Part shown: one piece after another, positions 45,626-56,300 of the stretch
Layout: each line of letters opens with the position of its first letter
Position numbering within the stretch: the stretch's first letter is position 1
NCBI GenBank assembly: GCA_029261065.1
Contig: JAJDCB010000024.1
Span: 102,364-166,363 of the forward strand
DNA: 64,000 bases
Direction of reading: 5' to 3'
Source of the DNA: Candidatus Omnitrophota bacterium
Lineage (GTDB): Bacteria; Omnitrophota; Gorgyraeia; Zapsychrales; Zapsychraceae
Translations under genes and position numbers: made by a program
Notes under the pieces: model-generated
What the model was told of the DNA's origin: nothing
The model's database searches: none
Seen by the model: the letters and a program-made list of their open reading frames with translations, nothing else

Positions 45626-46375
45626 CTATTTAGTTAATTTAGAGCTCATCGCACTGAAAATATCTATCGGAATAGGAAAAAGTGTTGTTGTGTTATTTTC
45701 ACTTCCTATTTCAACCAACGTTTGCAAATAACGTAATTGTAAAGCCATCGGATACTTTTGCATTAAATCAGCAGCCTGACAAATTTTCTCCGCAGCCTGA
45801 AACTCACCTTCTGCTGCAATAATTTTAGCACGACGTTCCCGCTCAGCCTCTGCTTGACGAGCCATCGCACGCCTTAAATCTTCGGAAATATCAACATGTT
45901 TAATTTCAACATTATGAACCTTTACACCCCAAGGATCTGTTTGCTTATCAAGAATAACCTGCAACTTTGCATTAATAGCTTCCCTTTGACTTAAAAGATC
46001 ATCTAATTCAACTTCACCTAAAACACTTCTAAGGGAAGTTTGCGCCATTTGATTGGTTGCATATTGAAAATCTTGAACCTCATTAATCGCTTTTATGGGA
46101 TCCATAACACGAAAGTAAGCAACTGCATTAACCTTAGCTGAGATATTGTCTTTCGTTATAATATCCTGTGGAGGCACATCAAGTGTTATAATTCTCAAAC
46201 TTACCTTAACAGCTTGTTCAAAAGGCCAAGCCACAATCGTTAAACCTGGTCCACGAGGTGCAGGAACAACGCGCCCTAAAAAATAAACCACCAAACGCTC
46301 ATATTCTCTTGGGAACTTAACCCAGTTATATAATAAAGTAAAAATAAGACCTGCAATAATTAAAAAAACTGGCAT
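45626..46375 (-). CDS. SPFH/stomatin-like (slipin) protein (start revised to ATG at 46375)
   Basis: [25 protein letters not shown] and [10 protein letters not shown]; AAGGAG RBS before MPVF. Confidence 0.93.
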   Translation of the reverse strand: MPVFLIIAGLIFTLLYNWVKFPREYERLVVYFLGRVVPAPRGPGLTIVAWPFEQAVKVSLRIITLDVPPQDIITKDNISAKVNAVAYFRVMDPIKAINEVQDFQYATNQMAQTSLRSVLGEVELDDLLSQREAINAKLQVILDKQTDPWGVKVHNVEIKHVDISEDLRRAMARQAEAERERRAKIIAAEGEFQAAEKICQAADLMQKYPMALQLRYLQTLVEIGSENNTTTLFPIPIDIFSAMSSKLTK

Positions 46376-46376
46376 A

Positions 46377-47882
46377 TCACTTCTCCTTGTTTTGAGAATC
46401 AATTTTAGAAATTGTTAAGTTAAGTCCCTCGATGCTTTTAACGACAACGGCCATTCCTTTTTTAATGTCACCGTCATCGGCAATAGCATTCCAAATAGTG
46501 CCATGAACAAATACCTTTCCATATTGGGAGGCTGAGAATTGAGTTAAAGCCTCACCTTTCTTGCCAACGATTCCCGCTTCACCTGTTTGAACTTTTAATT
46601 TTCTAAATTTGACAAAGATACGAAGAAAATAAAAAGCAACACATCCTGAGATGACTACGACACTAAAAATAGCTGATTGTGAAACACGCATAATAGGATC
46701 AACAGATTCAAATAAAAGCATAGAACCTAATACAAGACAGACTAATCCCCCTAACGTCAATAGACCAAATCCTGGGATAAAGGCCTCTGAAACTAATAAC
46801 ACTAAACCCAAAACCATTAAAGAAAGGCCTGCATAATTAGTAGGTAATGTCTGCATACTATAAAAAGCCAAAATTAAAAATATCGATCCTAATATTCCAG
46901 GAACCCCAACGCCAGGATGTGTAATTTCATAGAGCAGACCATAAAAACCAAAAATCATCAAAAAATATGCGATATTAGGACTTGCCAATATATTAAAAAA
47001 TTGCTGACGCATATCCATTTTAGACTCTTTTATCTCAGCATATTTCGTTTCCAATGTGATCAGCTCACCGTTAACCTTTAATTGATATCCATCTAACTGT
47101 TCTAATAAATCATTTCGATTTGCGGCTAAAATTTCAATAACACCTTTTTCGTGAGCTTCATCTGCCGTAATCGAATCACTTTTTGTAACACTTTGAACCG
47201 CCCACTCTACATTTCGATTTCTTTCATTTGCAATTGATTTAATAAAGGCAACCGTATCATTTAAGATTTTACTAGCCATGGGATTCTCATCCTCGATGAA
47301 AGTTTCATCTTCTTTATCGTCTGAAATGTTCTTTGTTTCGGAATTTTCTTCTTCCTCCAAATGTTCAACATCTTCTTTTAAACCCTGACGTTGGTTTTTA
47401 AGTTCATCAATCAATTCTTTAAGCTCTGACCAATCTCCTCTGCCCTTAGGTGCTTTTCCTCCTCCTAATTGAACAGGATGTGCAGCTCCAATATTGGTTG
47501 ATGGAGCCATTGCTGCTATGTGGCTTGCATATGTTATGAAAACTCCGGCTGATCCAGCCCGAGATCCGTTAGGAGCTATGTAGACTATAATAGGAACCTT
47601 GGCTCTCAGCATCCTTTTAACAATCAAACGCGTTGATGAGAGAAGTCCTCCGGGAGTATCTAACTCGATGATAAGGGCTTTTGCATTATCACTTTCAGCA
47701 TATGTAATCGCATCTGTAATATACTCAGCTGTGACAGGATTAATCGAATCATCTTCTAAGCTAATGAGATGAAAGATGTTTTGGGGTAAACTTTGTGTTT
47801 GCTTTGAAAGAAAAATTAAAAATAAACCAACGCATAGGATAAGAAGATACGGAAAACAACGTTGGCTTTTAGTTTTTGTCAT
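46377..47882 (-). CDS. nfeD: NfeD long-form membrane-bound serine protease
   Basis: LDTPGG, AGSAG and TNIGAAHPV ClpP-like domain, TM bundle and C-terminal OB domain ([12 protein letters not shown]); precedes the stomatin gene. Confidence 0.93.
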   Translation of the reverse strand: MTKTKSQRCFPYLLILCVGLFLIFLSKQTQSLPQNIFHLISLEDDSINPVTAEYITDAITYAESDNAKALIIELDTPGGLLSSTRLIVKRMLRAKVPIIVYIAPNGSRAGSAGVFITYASHIAAMAPSTNIGAAHPVQLGGGKAPKGRGDWSELKELIDELKNQRQGLKEDVEHLEEEENSETKNISDDKEDETFIEDENPMASKILNDTVAFIKSIANERNRNVEWAVQSVTKSDSITADEAHEKGVIEILAANRNDLLEQLDGYQLKVNGELITLETKYAEIKESKMDMRQQFFNILASPNIAYFLMIFGFYGLLYEITHPGVGVPGILGSIFLILAFYSMQTLPTNYAGLSLMVLGLVLLVSEAFIPGFGLLTLGGLVCLVLGSMLLFESVDPIMRVSQSAIFSVVVISGCVAFYFLRIFVKFRKLKVQTGEAGIVGKKGEALTQFSASQYGKVFVHGTIWNAIADDGDIKKGMAVVVKSIEGLNLTISKIDSQNKEK

Positions 47883-47900
47883 AAAATATTTAACGATTGA

Positions 47901-49355
47901 CTACGCATGATGTTGAAGATAGTGGGTAAGAAGTCGCACCCCCGCTCCTGTAGCGCCATGAGAGAAATACCATCTCTCTGCGCCATCAACAAAAGAAGTC
48001 CCTGCAATATCCAAATGAGCCCAAGGGGTAGCTTCTGTAAATTGTCTTAAAAACTCTGCAGCCGTTAACGTACCTGCTGCTCCTCTGGGGGTACCTAAAT
48101 TTTTAATATCGGCAATCTCGGATTTTACGGAATCTTTAAGTTCTGGATAAGTAGGTAATCGCCATACCCGATCATTCGTTTCGTTGGAGCTATAAACTAA
48201 ATCTCTTGAAAGATTATCATCTGTAGTAATGAGTCCGGTATAATCATGACCCAAGGCCACAACACAGGCGCCTGTTAGTGTAGCAATATCAATAATTCGT
48301 TTTGGTTTATAATTTTTAACCGTGTAACTAATAGCATCCGCTAAAACAAGCCTTCCCTCAGCATCTGTATTGGCAACTTCAACAGATTTTCCAGCATATC
48401 CTATGATGACATCCCCTGGCTTATACGCCTTAGATCCTGTCACGTTTTCAGCTACACCAAGAACAAAAATAGCGTTCTTTTTTAATTTTAGATCCAATGT
48501 ATTTTTCAAAGCACCCACGACAGCGGCCGCACCACTCATATCAATACGCATCGATTCAATACCGCCTGTAGGTTTTAAATTTAATCCCCCTGTATCAAAT
48601 GTTAATCCCTTTCCAACTAAGGCTGTAAAATCTCCTTTTTTGGCTGACCCTTGATATTTAACAATGATTAATTTCGGTTCATTGACACTACCTTGATTAA
48701 CAGCTAAATGAAAGCCCAATCCCTTTTGCTTCATTTCCTTCTTATTTAAAATTTCAAGAGAAATATTTTTCTTTCCCTTAATAAGCGCCCGAACAACTTT
48801 TTCAAAATGAGTTGATGTAACACTATCGGCATTATCATTGACTAAATCACGAGCAAGATTATTTCCTTCACAAATAGTAACCGCATCTTGATAAAGCTTT
48901 TTCTTAAGAGCAATAAGAAACACATTTTTTTGTTCCTCTTTTTCTTTTTTTGATTTTTTCGAAAAATATTTATTCCACTTATAGCTCCCTATCATGATGG
49001 ATTCTATTAGGGGAACGATAATAGAATCTTTTTGTTGATGAGCAATTAACTCTAATGTATTACAATGAGTTAAGAATGATGAGATTAGGGCATTTTTTAC
49101 AGAAATCTTTAAAGATGTCTGTGTTCTTTCATTGTCTTTACCTACACCAACAAATAATAACGTTTGTTTCTTATGGACCGCAGGACATAGCTGCCCATTT
49201 TCTGCTTTAAATAATTTATTATCAACTAAAGGTTTTAGGAGAGATCGTATCTGTGCGGGCAGATGTGTTAACGTATTCTTTTTTATCTGTTCTTCACTTA
49301 ATAAAATAATACAGGCCTGCTTATCATACAGAGCTTTGGAACGAAAAGTAATCAC
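47901..49355 (-). CDS. pepA: M17 leucyl aminopeptidase
   Basis: VGKGLTFDTGG, DMSGAA, NTDAEGRLVLAD, ATLTG and HLDIAG. Confidence 0.94.
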   Translation of the reverse strand: MITFRSKALYDKQACIILLSEEQIKKNTLTHLPAQIRSLLKPLVDNKLFKAENGQLCPAVHKKQTLLFVGVGKDNERTQTSLKISVKNALISSFLTHCNTLELIAHQQKDSIIVPLIESIMIGSYKWNKYFSKKSKKEKEEQKNVFLIALKKKLYQDAVTICEGNNLARDLVNDNADSVTSTHFEKVVRALIKGKKNISLEILNKKEMKQKGLGFHLAVNQGSVNEPKLIIVKYQGSAKKGDFTALVGKGLTFDTGGLNLKPTGGIESMRIDMSGAAAVVGALKNTLDLKLKKNAIFVLGVAENVTGSKAYKPGDVIIGYAGKSVEVANTDAEGRLVLADAISYTVKNYKPKRIIDIATLTGACVVALGHDYTGLITTDDNLSRDLVYSSNETNDRVWRLPTYPELKDSVKSEIADIKNLGTPRGAAGTLTAAEFLRQFTEATPWAHLDIAGTSFVDGAERWYFSHGATGAGVRLLTHYLQHHA

Positions 49356-49393
49356 GTCTTTATATCCTCTCTCTTTTTTAATTATTTATTAAA

Positions 49394-50683
49394 TTAACGT
49401 TGATCTATAGGAACAAACGGACGTTCCGTCGCCCCAGTATAAATTTGTCGTGGTCGACCAATTTTTGACTTTGGATTTTCTTTCATTTCTTTCCAATGAG
49501 CAATCCATCCTGGCATACGTCCAATCGCAAACATGACTGTAAACATATCTGTTGGAATTCCTATAGCCTTATAAATGAGACCACTATAAAAATCGACATT
49601 CGGATAAAGTTTGCGTTTAACAAAATATTCGTCTTTAAGTGTTGCCTCCTCCAGTTTGAGGGCAATTTCCAAAAGTGGATCATGGATTCCTAATTTATCG
49701 AATAGTTCATGCGTTCTCTTTTTAATAATGATACTTCGTGGATCAAAATTTTTATAAACCCTATGACCAAATCCCATCAATCTATAGGAATCATCAGGGT
49801 CCTTGGCTTTATCAATAAATTTTTGAACATCACCGCCGGCTTGATGAATTTCCTCCAACATCTCAAGAACCTTTTGATTAGCGCCACCATGTAATGGCCC
49901 CCACAACGCACACACTCCCGCCGAAATGGAAGCAAACATATTCGCCCAAGAACTCCCCACCAATCGTACTGTTGAAGTACTACAATTTTGTTCATGATCA
50001 GCATGTAATATTAAAATTGAACGTAAAGCGCTAACAATAATATCATCAATAGGAAATTCTTTTTCTTTTGTTGAAAACATCATATGTAAAAAATTAGCAA
50101 TATATGATAAATCACTACGTGGTGGGACAAAATCTTGATTAAGACTTTGTTTATATGTATAGGCAGTTATTGTACGCACCTTTGATAACAATTGTGCAGC
50201 TGTTTTTTTCATCTCTTCCTGACTGGGTTCAGGCGCTAATAGTTCTGGATAGTAACCTGATAGGGAACAAATCATAGCAGATAAAAGCCCCATAGGGTGC
50301 CCCCCTTGAGGATAACCGCTAAAGGAGCTTATCATATCTTTATGCAAGTCAGCGTGGGCTGTAAAAGACTGTGAAAATTGTGATAATTCATCCTTTTTAG
50401 GTAACTCACCTTCAATAAGCAGGTAGGCTGTTTCGACAAAACTCGATTGTTCAGCAATTTGTTCTATAGGATAACCTCTATAGCGTAGAATACCCTTCTC
50501 TCCATCCAAATATGTAATGGCACTGGTGCATGAGCCAGTATTACCAAACCCATTATCAACTGTGATATAAGAAGTCTCGCCACGTAACTTCGTTATATCA
50601 ATACCCTTTTCATTCTCTGTACCAATAATCACAGGAAAGTCGTAACTTTTTCCATCAATAACAATTTGAACTTTTTCATCCAT
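49394..50683 (-). CDS. gltA: Citrate synthase
   Basis: LHADHEQNCST, GPLHGGAN, GFGHRVYK and YPNVDFYSG. Confidence 0.98.
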   Translation of the reverse strand: MDEKVQIVIDGKSYDFPVIIGTENEKGIDITKLRGETSYITVDNGFGNTGSCTSAITYLDGEKGILRYRGYPIEQIAEQSSFVETAYLLIEGELPKKDELSQFSQSFTAHADLHKDMISSFSGYPQGGHPMGLLSAMICSLSGYYPELLAPEPSQEEMKKTAAQLLSKVRTITAYTYKQSLNQDFVPPRSDLSYIANFLHMMFSTKEKEFPIDDIIVSALRSILILHADHEQNCSTSTVRLVGSSWANMFASISAGVCALWGPLHGGANQKVLEMLEEIHQAGGDVQKFIDKAKDPDDSYRLMGFGHRVYKNFDPRSIIIKKRTHELFDKLGIHDPLLEIALKLEEATLKDEYFVKRKLYPNVDFYSGLIYKAIGIPTDMFTVMFAIGRMPGWIAHWKEMKENPKSKIGRPRQIYTGATERPFVPIDQR

Positions 50684-50841
50684 AAATATACTCCATTTAA
50701 TTTTGAGAGGTTGATCTGGGTTTATTTCTTGTGATAAGGATCAATCGGTTTTGTTCTTCACAGTTAACTTTTTTGTTCTATCACATAGATTTGAAACAGA
50801 ATAACAATAAATCAAAACACATTCCGCTGATTCCTATTACC

Positions 50842-50869
50842 ATTATATTATGAAAAAGCATTTATTCAA
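50842..50869 (-). promoter_or_regulatory. Putative sigma70 promoter of gltA
   Basis: Minus strand TTGAAT-N16-TATAAT, about 160 nt upstream of the ATG. Confidence 0.5.
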
Positions 50870-50889
50870 GATGATTCACACAGGAGTCA

Positions 50890-52146
50890 TTATTTTTTTA
50901 ATTTTATTACATTTTTTAGCTTAAAAAATACAAAAATGAATGCAATTGCGGCAATACTTGAAATCAAATGTAAAACTAGCTTCTCCCATCTATTGTTTAC
51001 AGGTGTAATATTCGGTTTTTCTATTGTAAACATATTACTCATCATAGTTGATATTTGCGATGATTCAAACTTATATTCTTCTAATTCCTTTAAATAAGTA
51101 TCAACTAACTTATTGGTTTCCTTTTTTATTTTTATATAGCTATTATCATTTAAAGATGCCGTAACATCATCTATATAATAATGATTCATTATAGATAAAA
51201 GCATGCGTTTTCTATTTTCGAGAAACAACTTTCTTATAGCTAGAGAAAAATCAAGTTCTAACTCCATTGTTAGCTTATTTTTAAGTTGTTCTTTTAACTG
51301 ATCAATAATAAGAGTTTTATACTTGTTAATTTTTTTTGTTTTTTCTTGCGACTCCACATTTCTTGAACTTAAAATCGCGCTTACCTTTTGTTCGAATTCA
51401 AGCTCTAGAATACGACGTTCTAAATTAAAATATAAAAAATTGTCTTTAGAAACTTCTTTTATTAAACTCTCAAAAAGTTGATGGGTATTATGAGAAAGAA
51501 GTACATTTTTGTATTTATTAATGTCACGTATAACCTTATTGATTTCTGTCTCTATTTTCATAGATGCTAATAACAAAATCGTATCCAAAGTTTCTTTATC
51601 CTCTTTATTAAGGACTAAGACCTTTTTATTAAAAGGAAACATATAAAGCGTTTGTTCGTTGAGGATAATGTCATCAATTTTTTTAGAAAATTTATGTTGA
51701 AGGCGATCCAATTTATCCACGGTGTATTGGTTAATATCATCCATTTTCTGTTCGACAAACACGTCTCCAAAAGCAGCCGCCATCAAAGCCGCTTTTTTAG
51801 GATTATCGGAAATGACACTTATTGCAACTTTATTGCTCGCAATTTTTTCAACATTAACATTAGATTGCAAGGATATAGAGGAATCATAGACAAAATCCTG
51901 TGTATTCCTCTCATCCACGGGCATCACATGTGTTTTGGTTATAATTCGATTGACTACAGGTAAACTTCTAATAAACTGTATTTCCTTATTGATATCAAGA
52001 TCTCTACCTTCAAAGTTTTTAAGTGATAAAAAGATTTTAGCCTCATAAACATTTTTGTGGAATAACTGATAACAAAACACAATAATATTAACGATAAGTA
52101 GGATTTTTAAAATTGTAAATTTTTTATTCTTTAACAGTTGAAGCAT
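50890..52146 (-). CDS. Wzz/Wzc(GumC)-like polysaccharide co-polymerase-type membrane protein without kinase domain
   Basis: N- and C-terminal TM helices, YEAKIFL, EIQFIRSLPVVNRII and ISVISDNPKKAALMA motifs, periplasmic coiled coil, Pro-rich segment before TM2. Confidence 0.65.
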   Translation of the reverse strand: MLQLLKNKKFTILKILLIVNIIVFCYQLFHKNVYEAKIFLSLKNFEGRDLDINKEIQFIRSLPVVNRIITKTHVMPVDERNTQDFVYDSSISLQSNVNVEKIASNKVAISVISDNPKKAALMAAAFGDVFVEQKMDDINQYTVDKLDRLQHKFSKKIDDIILNEQTLYMFPFNKKVLVLNKEDKETLDTILLLASMKIETEINKVIRDINKYKNVLLSHNTHQLFESLIKEVSKDNFLYFNLERRILELEFEQKVSAILSSRNVESQEKTKKINKYKTLIIDQLKEQLKNKLTMELELDFSLAIRKLFLENRKRMLLSIMNHYYIDDVTASLNDNSYIKIKKETNKLVDTYLKELEEYKFESSQISTMMSNMFTIEKPNITPVNNRWEKLVLHLISSIAAIAFIFVFFKLKNVIKLKK

Positions 52147-52152
52147 TTAAAT

Positions 52153-53340
52153 TTAATCCTCTTTCATTTCATCAAGCATCTTCTTTAATTGTTCTGAATC
52201 CAAATCATCCTGTGACTTCTCAGCTAAGTCTTCTTCATCGCTCGGCTCTTTAACACTCCCCTTATCCTCACTCAATTCTGCTGCAACTTCAGTTTCCTCA
52301 GGTTTAACTATTTGTTCAAAATAAGCCTCCACACTAGCATTTGGAAAATTTTCGTCATTAACCAAAGACTCTTCATTATTCTGCTCGTTTTGTTCTTTAG
52401 TTGTAAAGGCTTGGCCAATTATCGTATCTGATGATGTATTAAAAAGAGGAGCATCATTCTCTGAAGCAACAGACTCTTCATCTCCAGTAGGTAATAGTAG
52501 CTTTTCTTCATCTGAATCTATTGATACTTCAGGCAAATTTTCACTTTGATCTATTTCATCATCAACGGGCTTTGGGGAGGTTTTCCCTTTTTCGATATCA
52601 TCTACTATTTGTAGAATATTGGCGTCACTATCATCAGGTATTTCCAATTCCATAATTTCTGCTGTAGCCTCTTTATCAACTGTCTTTTTAGTTTCATTTA
52701 TTTTCGTATTCTCTTTTGGTTTTTTTTCTACAGTAGTTTGCGTTGGTTTCTCTTCCTTAGGCCTATTAAATAAATAATAAAATTTTTTAAGCAAAATATA
52801 ATTAACGATAAAACCAAGGACTATTAGAACCAAAAATTGAAGTAAAAATCTAATACTAACCATCTCTTTAAGTTGATAAAAATAGCCAGGCATTAGACTT
52901 TCAACGGCAATAATACTTTTCAGTTGGCGATTATACAGAAATCGAATATGTCTTACTGATTCAAAATTTTGCTCATAAGTATTTTCTGGGTATGAAATCC
53001 AGCCCTCTTTAAACTTTTGCATTTCAAAAACAATTTTGCTCTTATACATCCGCCAATAATTGTCCTTTTTCTCTCTATCAAGAATCATAGCCCCTGTCGC
53101 TTGATCAGTAATATATACCAAAACATTTTTTGAATACAATTCTTTTAAATCAATGTCTGGCGAATCTAATTTAGAATTTAAATAAACGGCGAGATTATCT
53201 AAGTTTTTTTTCTCAAGCAGGGTAGTTTTTTGAAGATGAATAAAGAGTTGATGAATTGTAATGGAAGAAAAGGCACAAATAAAAAAGAAACAGTATATTA
53301 TGAAAAGAAATTTAAATGTATTATTTTTTTTATTTGGCAT
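52153..53340 (-). CDS. Hypothetical two-TM protein with a Cache-like periplasmic domain and an acidic disordered tail
   Basis: TM1, VLVYITDQATGAMIL...KEGWISYP (single-Cache-like pattern), TM2 and a ~200-aa Asp/Glu-rich tail. Confidence 0.65.
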   Translation of the reverse strand: MPNKKNNTFKFLFIIYCFFFICAFSSITIHQLFIHLQKTTLLEKKNLDNLAVYLNSKLDSPDIDLKELYSKNVLVYITDQATGAMILDREKKDNYWRMYKSKIVFEMQKFKEGWISYPENTYEQNFESVRHIRFLYNRQLKSIIAVESLMPGYFYQLKEMVSIRFLLQFLVLIVLGFIVNYILLKKFYYLFNRPKEEKPTQTTVEKKPKENTKINETKKTVDKEATAEIMELEIPDDSDANILQIVDDIEKGKTSPKPVDDEIDQSENLPEVSIDSDEEKLLLPTGDEESVASENDAPLFNTSSDTIIGQAFTTKEQNEQNNEESLVNDENFPNASVEAYFEQIVKPEETEVAAELSEDKGSVKEPSDEEDLAEKSQDDLDSEQLKKMLDEMKED

Positions 53341-53386
53341 TGCAATATACTGTTTTGACGATACATATGCATTTGGTTAACAAGTA

Positions 53387-56300
53387 TTATTCGTAAGCTT
53401 CTATAAGATCCAAAGCATTATTAATTTCACTTTGTAATTCTTGAAAAACTGGATTTTGATCCCTGGGCTTATCAAATATGGTTGTTTTATCACGTTCTTG
53501 AGAAAGCAATTCTTCATACTTCTTTTTTGAATCATCTAAATCTTTAGTTAGATTGTGAATCGCTTCCTGTAAGGAGGATCTTTCCTTCATTAAAGAAAAA
53601 AGCTCACTATCTAATACTCTTTTCTGGTTTTTCAACTCATCATTAACAGACTTTTGCTCTGATAAGAGACCTTCTGTATCATTAATCTTCTTTTTAAACT
53701 CTTCAATATCTTTCTGTAGTGGACGCACATTAGTTAAAACCTTACTTTTAAAGGCTTCATCCATATTACTCATTTTGTCTTCAAGTTCATTTACCTGTTT
53801 TTGTAAAGGCACTCGAGCCTCCATAACTTTATTTTTAATCTCCCCTTCATGCGCATCTACTTCTTTTGTCAAATCATCCACTTTATATTTAAGGCTCTTT
53901 TTTTCAGACTCTTCTTGAGCCAATTCTGTTTCTAAAACATTTAACTTTTGCTTCATACGAGACAAAATTTCATCTTTCTCAGAAAGCAATTCTTTAGACT
54001 TTTCCAATTTTTTGTTAATTTTACTCATTTCTTCATTTAAGCTTAAGGCTCCAGAGCTCTCAATTTCTCTAACTTCATTCTCTTTTTCGATTAACTTTGC
54101 GGTTAAATTCTCAATTTCTTTTCTTAAAACTGATTCAGCAGCTTTAATTTTTGAAGGTAAAGCCTCTTCTGTATTTTTTAATTTTGATATCGTTGACTGA
54201 AGGAGACCTTCTGTATTCTCTCTTTCCGATTGAATATCTATTAATTGTTTCTTAATATTATCGAGGTTTCGATCCTTTTCAGCTATCAAAGCTTCCCGAT
54301 CCATAAGAGATTGTTTTAAGGATCGCACTTTCTGATCAACATCACCCTTACTTTGTTCCTTGATTTTTATAAAATCAAGGCGAACGTTTTCAATTTCACT
54401 TTTAAGAGAAGCAACTTCTGTATTCTTCTCATTTTCTAAGTTTTGATATTTTACTAATACTTCATCCCTCTCTTTAAGAGCTAATTTATAATCAGACTCT
54501 AATCCCGTCTTTAATTTTGTTTGACCAGTTTTTAATTCTGCAACAACCTTCTGATTTTCAATAACTTCTTGCTGGGCTAACTTAAGTCTACTTTCTAAAT
54601 CCAACATCTCCTTATAATATTCCTCCTTCTCTGCCTTAACCAATTTATAGTCTGTCTCCAAAGTCTTGTTTAATTTTGATTGATTTCTTTTTAACTCATC
54701 AACTATTTCTTTATTCCTAAAATTTTCTTTTTCAAACAACGCAGCTTGATCTTTTAACTCTACAATCTTTTGCAAATACTGATCTTTTTCTCTGTTAAAG
54801 ATAGACACCTTCATATCAGATTGATCATTCAATACGCTAATTTTGTTCTCAAGCTCTGTTGTCTTTTTCTGATATTCAGCAATTTTATTTCTTAATTCCT
54901 TAAAATCACTATCCTTAGTCTCAAGTTCTTTTTTAACCTTCGACATATTGCCATCAATCCCATTAAGTTGTTTTTGCAACTTATCATTTTCAATAACAGA
55001 TAAATTGAATTCTTCCTCTAATCGTTGTTTTTGTAATACAAGCTTATCTGTGTGTTGTTTTTGTTCAAGATTAATTTGATTAGAAGCCTTTAGCCGCTCA
55101 TTTAGACTCTCTTGTTGATATATTAAATCTTTTCTTAATGCCGCAATTTCTTGATCAAATTTGTCTTGAATTTGATTATTCTGTGTTTCTAATTGACTAT
55201 TAGTCCTTTTAAGGTCATTACTTTGATTTTCAGCCTCTCTAATTTTTCGCATTAAATCTTGTTTCTCATTATCAAAATTTTTTAACTGTACAGAGTTTAA
55301 TTTCTCACCCTCTTTTAAAACATCAAGACTCCTCTTTAGACCATTGATTCTTTCTAATAATGGTTTTTCAATAAGAGTTATTTTATCTGCAAACCCAATC
55401 TTCAAATTATTGACATCCTTTTGTAAATTAGAAGCACTGTTATTTAAGTTTTCATTCTCTTTTGTCAAGGACGAGACCTGGTTAATTAAATTCGAATTTT
55501 TTGATTTATAATCTGTCAAATTCGCTAACTGATTGTTAACAATATTTTGAAGATCTTTATTTTCATCAGCAGATTTAAGAAGCTTCTTATCCAAACTCAA
55601 TTTAAGATTAGAAAGAGTTTCTCGGTACTTTTCTTCAATTTCTTTTCTTTGCTCAGAAAGATCATTACGTAAGTTTTCATTTTTACTCATTACGAGATTA
55701 TTGGATCTATTTAATTCTTCAAATTTATCAGAAGCTTCCTTAAGACTTGCCTGATATCTTCTATTTTCTTCTTTTTCTACTGCCAAATTTTGAGATAATT
55801 CTGTTAATTCTGTCGTTTTAGAAACTAATTGTTTGTTCAACTTATCCAATTTCCCACCAAATTCTACCGTAGATGTATTATTTTTAGATTCCAACTGTTT
55901 AAGACGCGCGAGTAAACTTGTTTTTTCATTCTCTAAAGCAGAAAATCGGTTACTTGTCTCCTTTAATTGAGAGTTTAAATCTTGATTTTTGTTTTCTAGC
56001 TCCTGATTAACAGCCATATGATCGTTTAATTTAAGCTTTCCAGCCTCTATTTCTTTGAGTAACGGTGCCTTTTCCTCATTAATGCGTTGAGGTATAACAC
56101 TAGTGACATCACGCAACTTTATTTCTAACTTTGAGTTCTCTGTTTGCCATTTGGAATTCGTTTCCTTTTCGTTATTTAATCGAGTAAGAAGATCGTTGTT
56201 CTCATCATTAAGCAGTGACATTTCTTGAGAATTTGTTTTAATTTGGTTCGAAAGATTCGTTTTCTGCTTTTTAAAATCTTCAATTTCTTTTCTTAAAGGA

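Noticed and set aside
50700-50885. Possible replication origin (TCACA-containing boxes, GATC sites)
   Set aside because: No good TTATCCACA match, no dnaA/dnaN nearby, and the region is better explained as the gltA promoter and leader.
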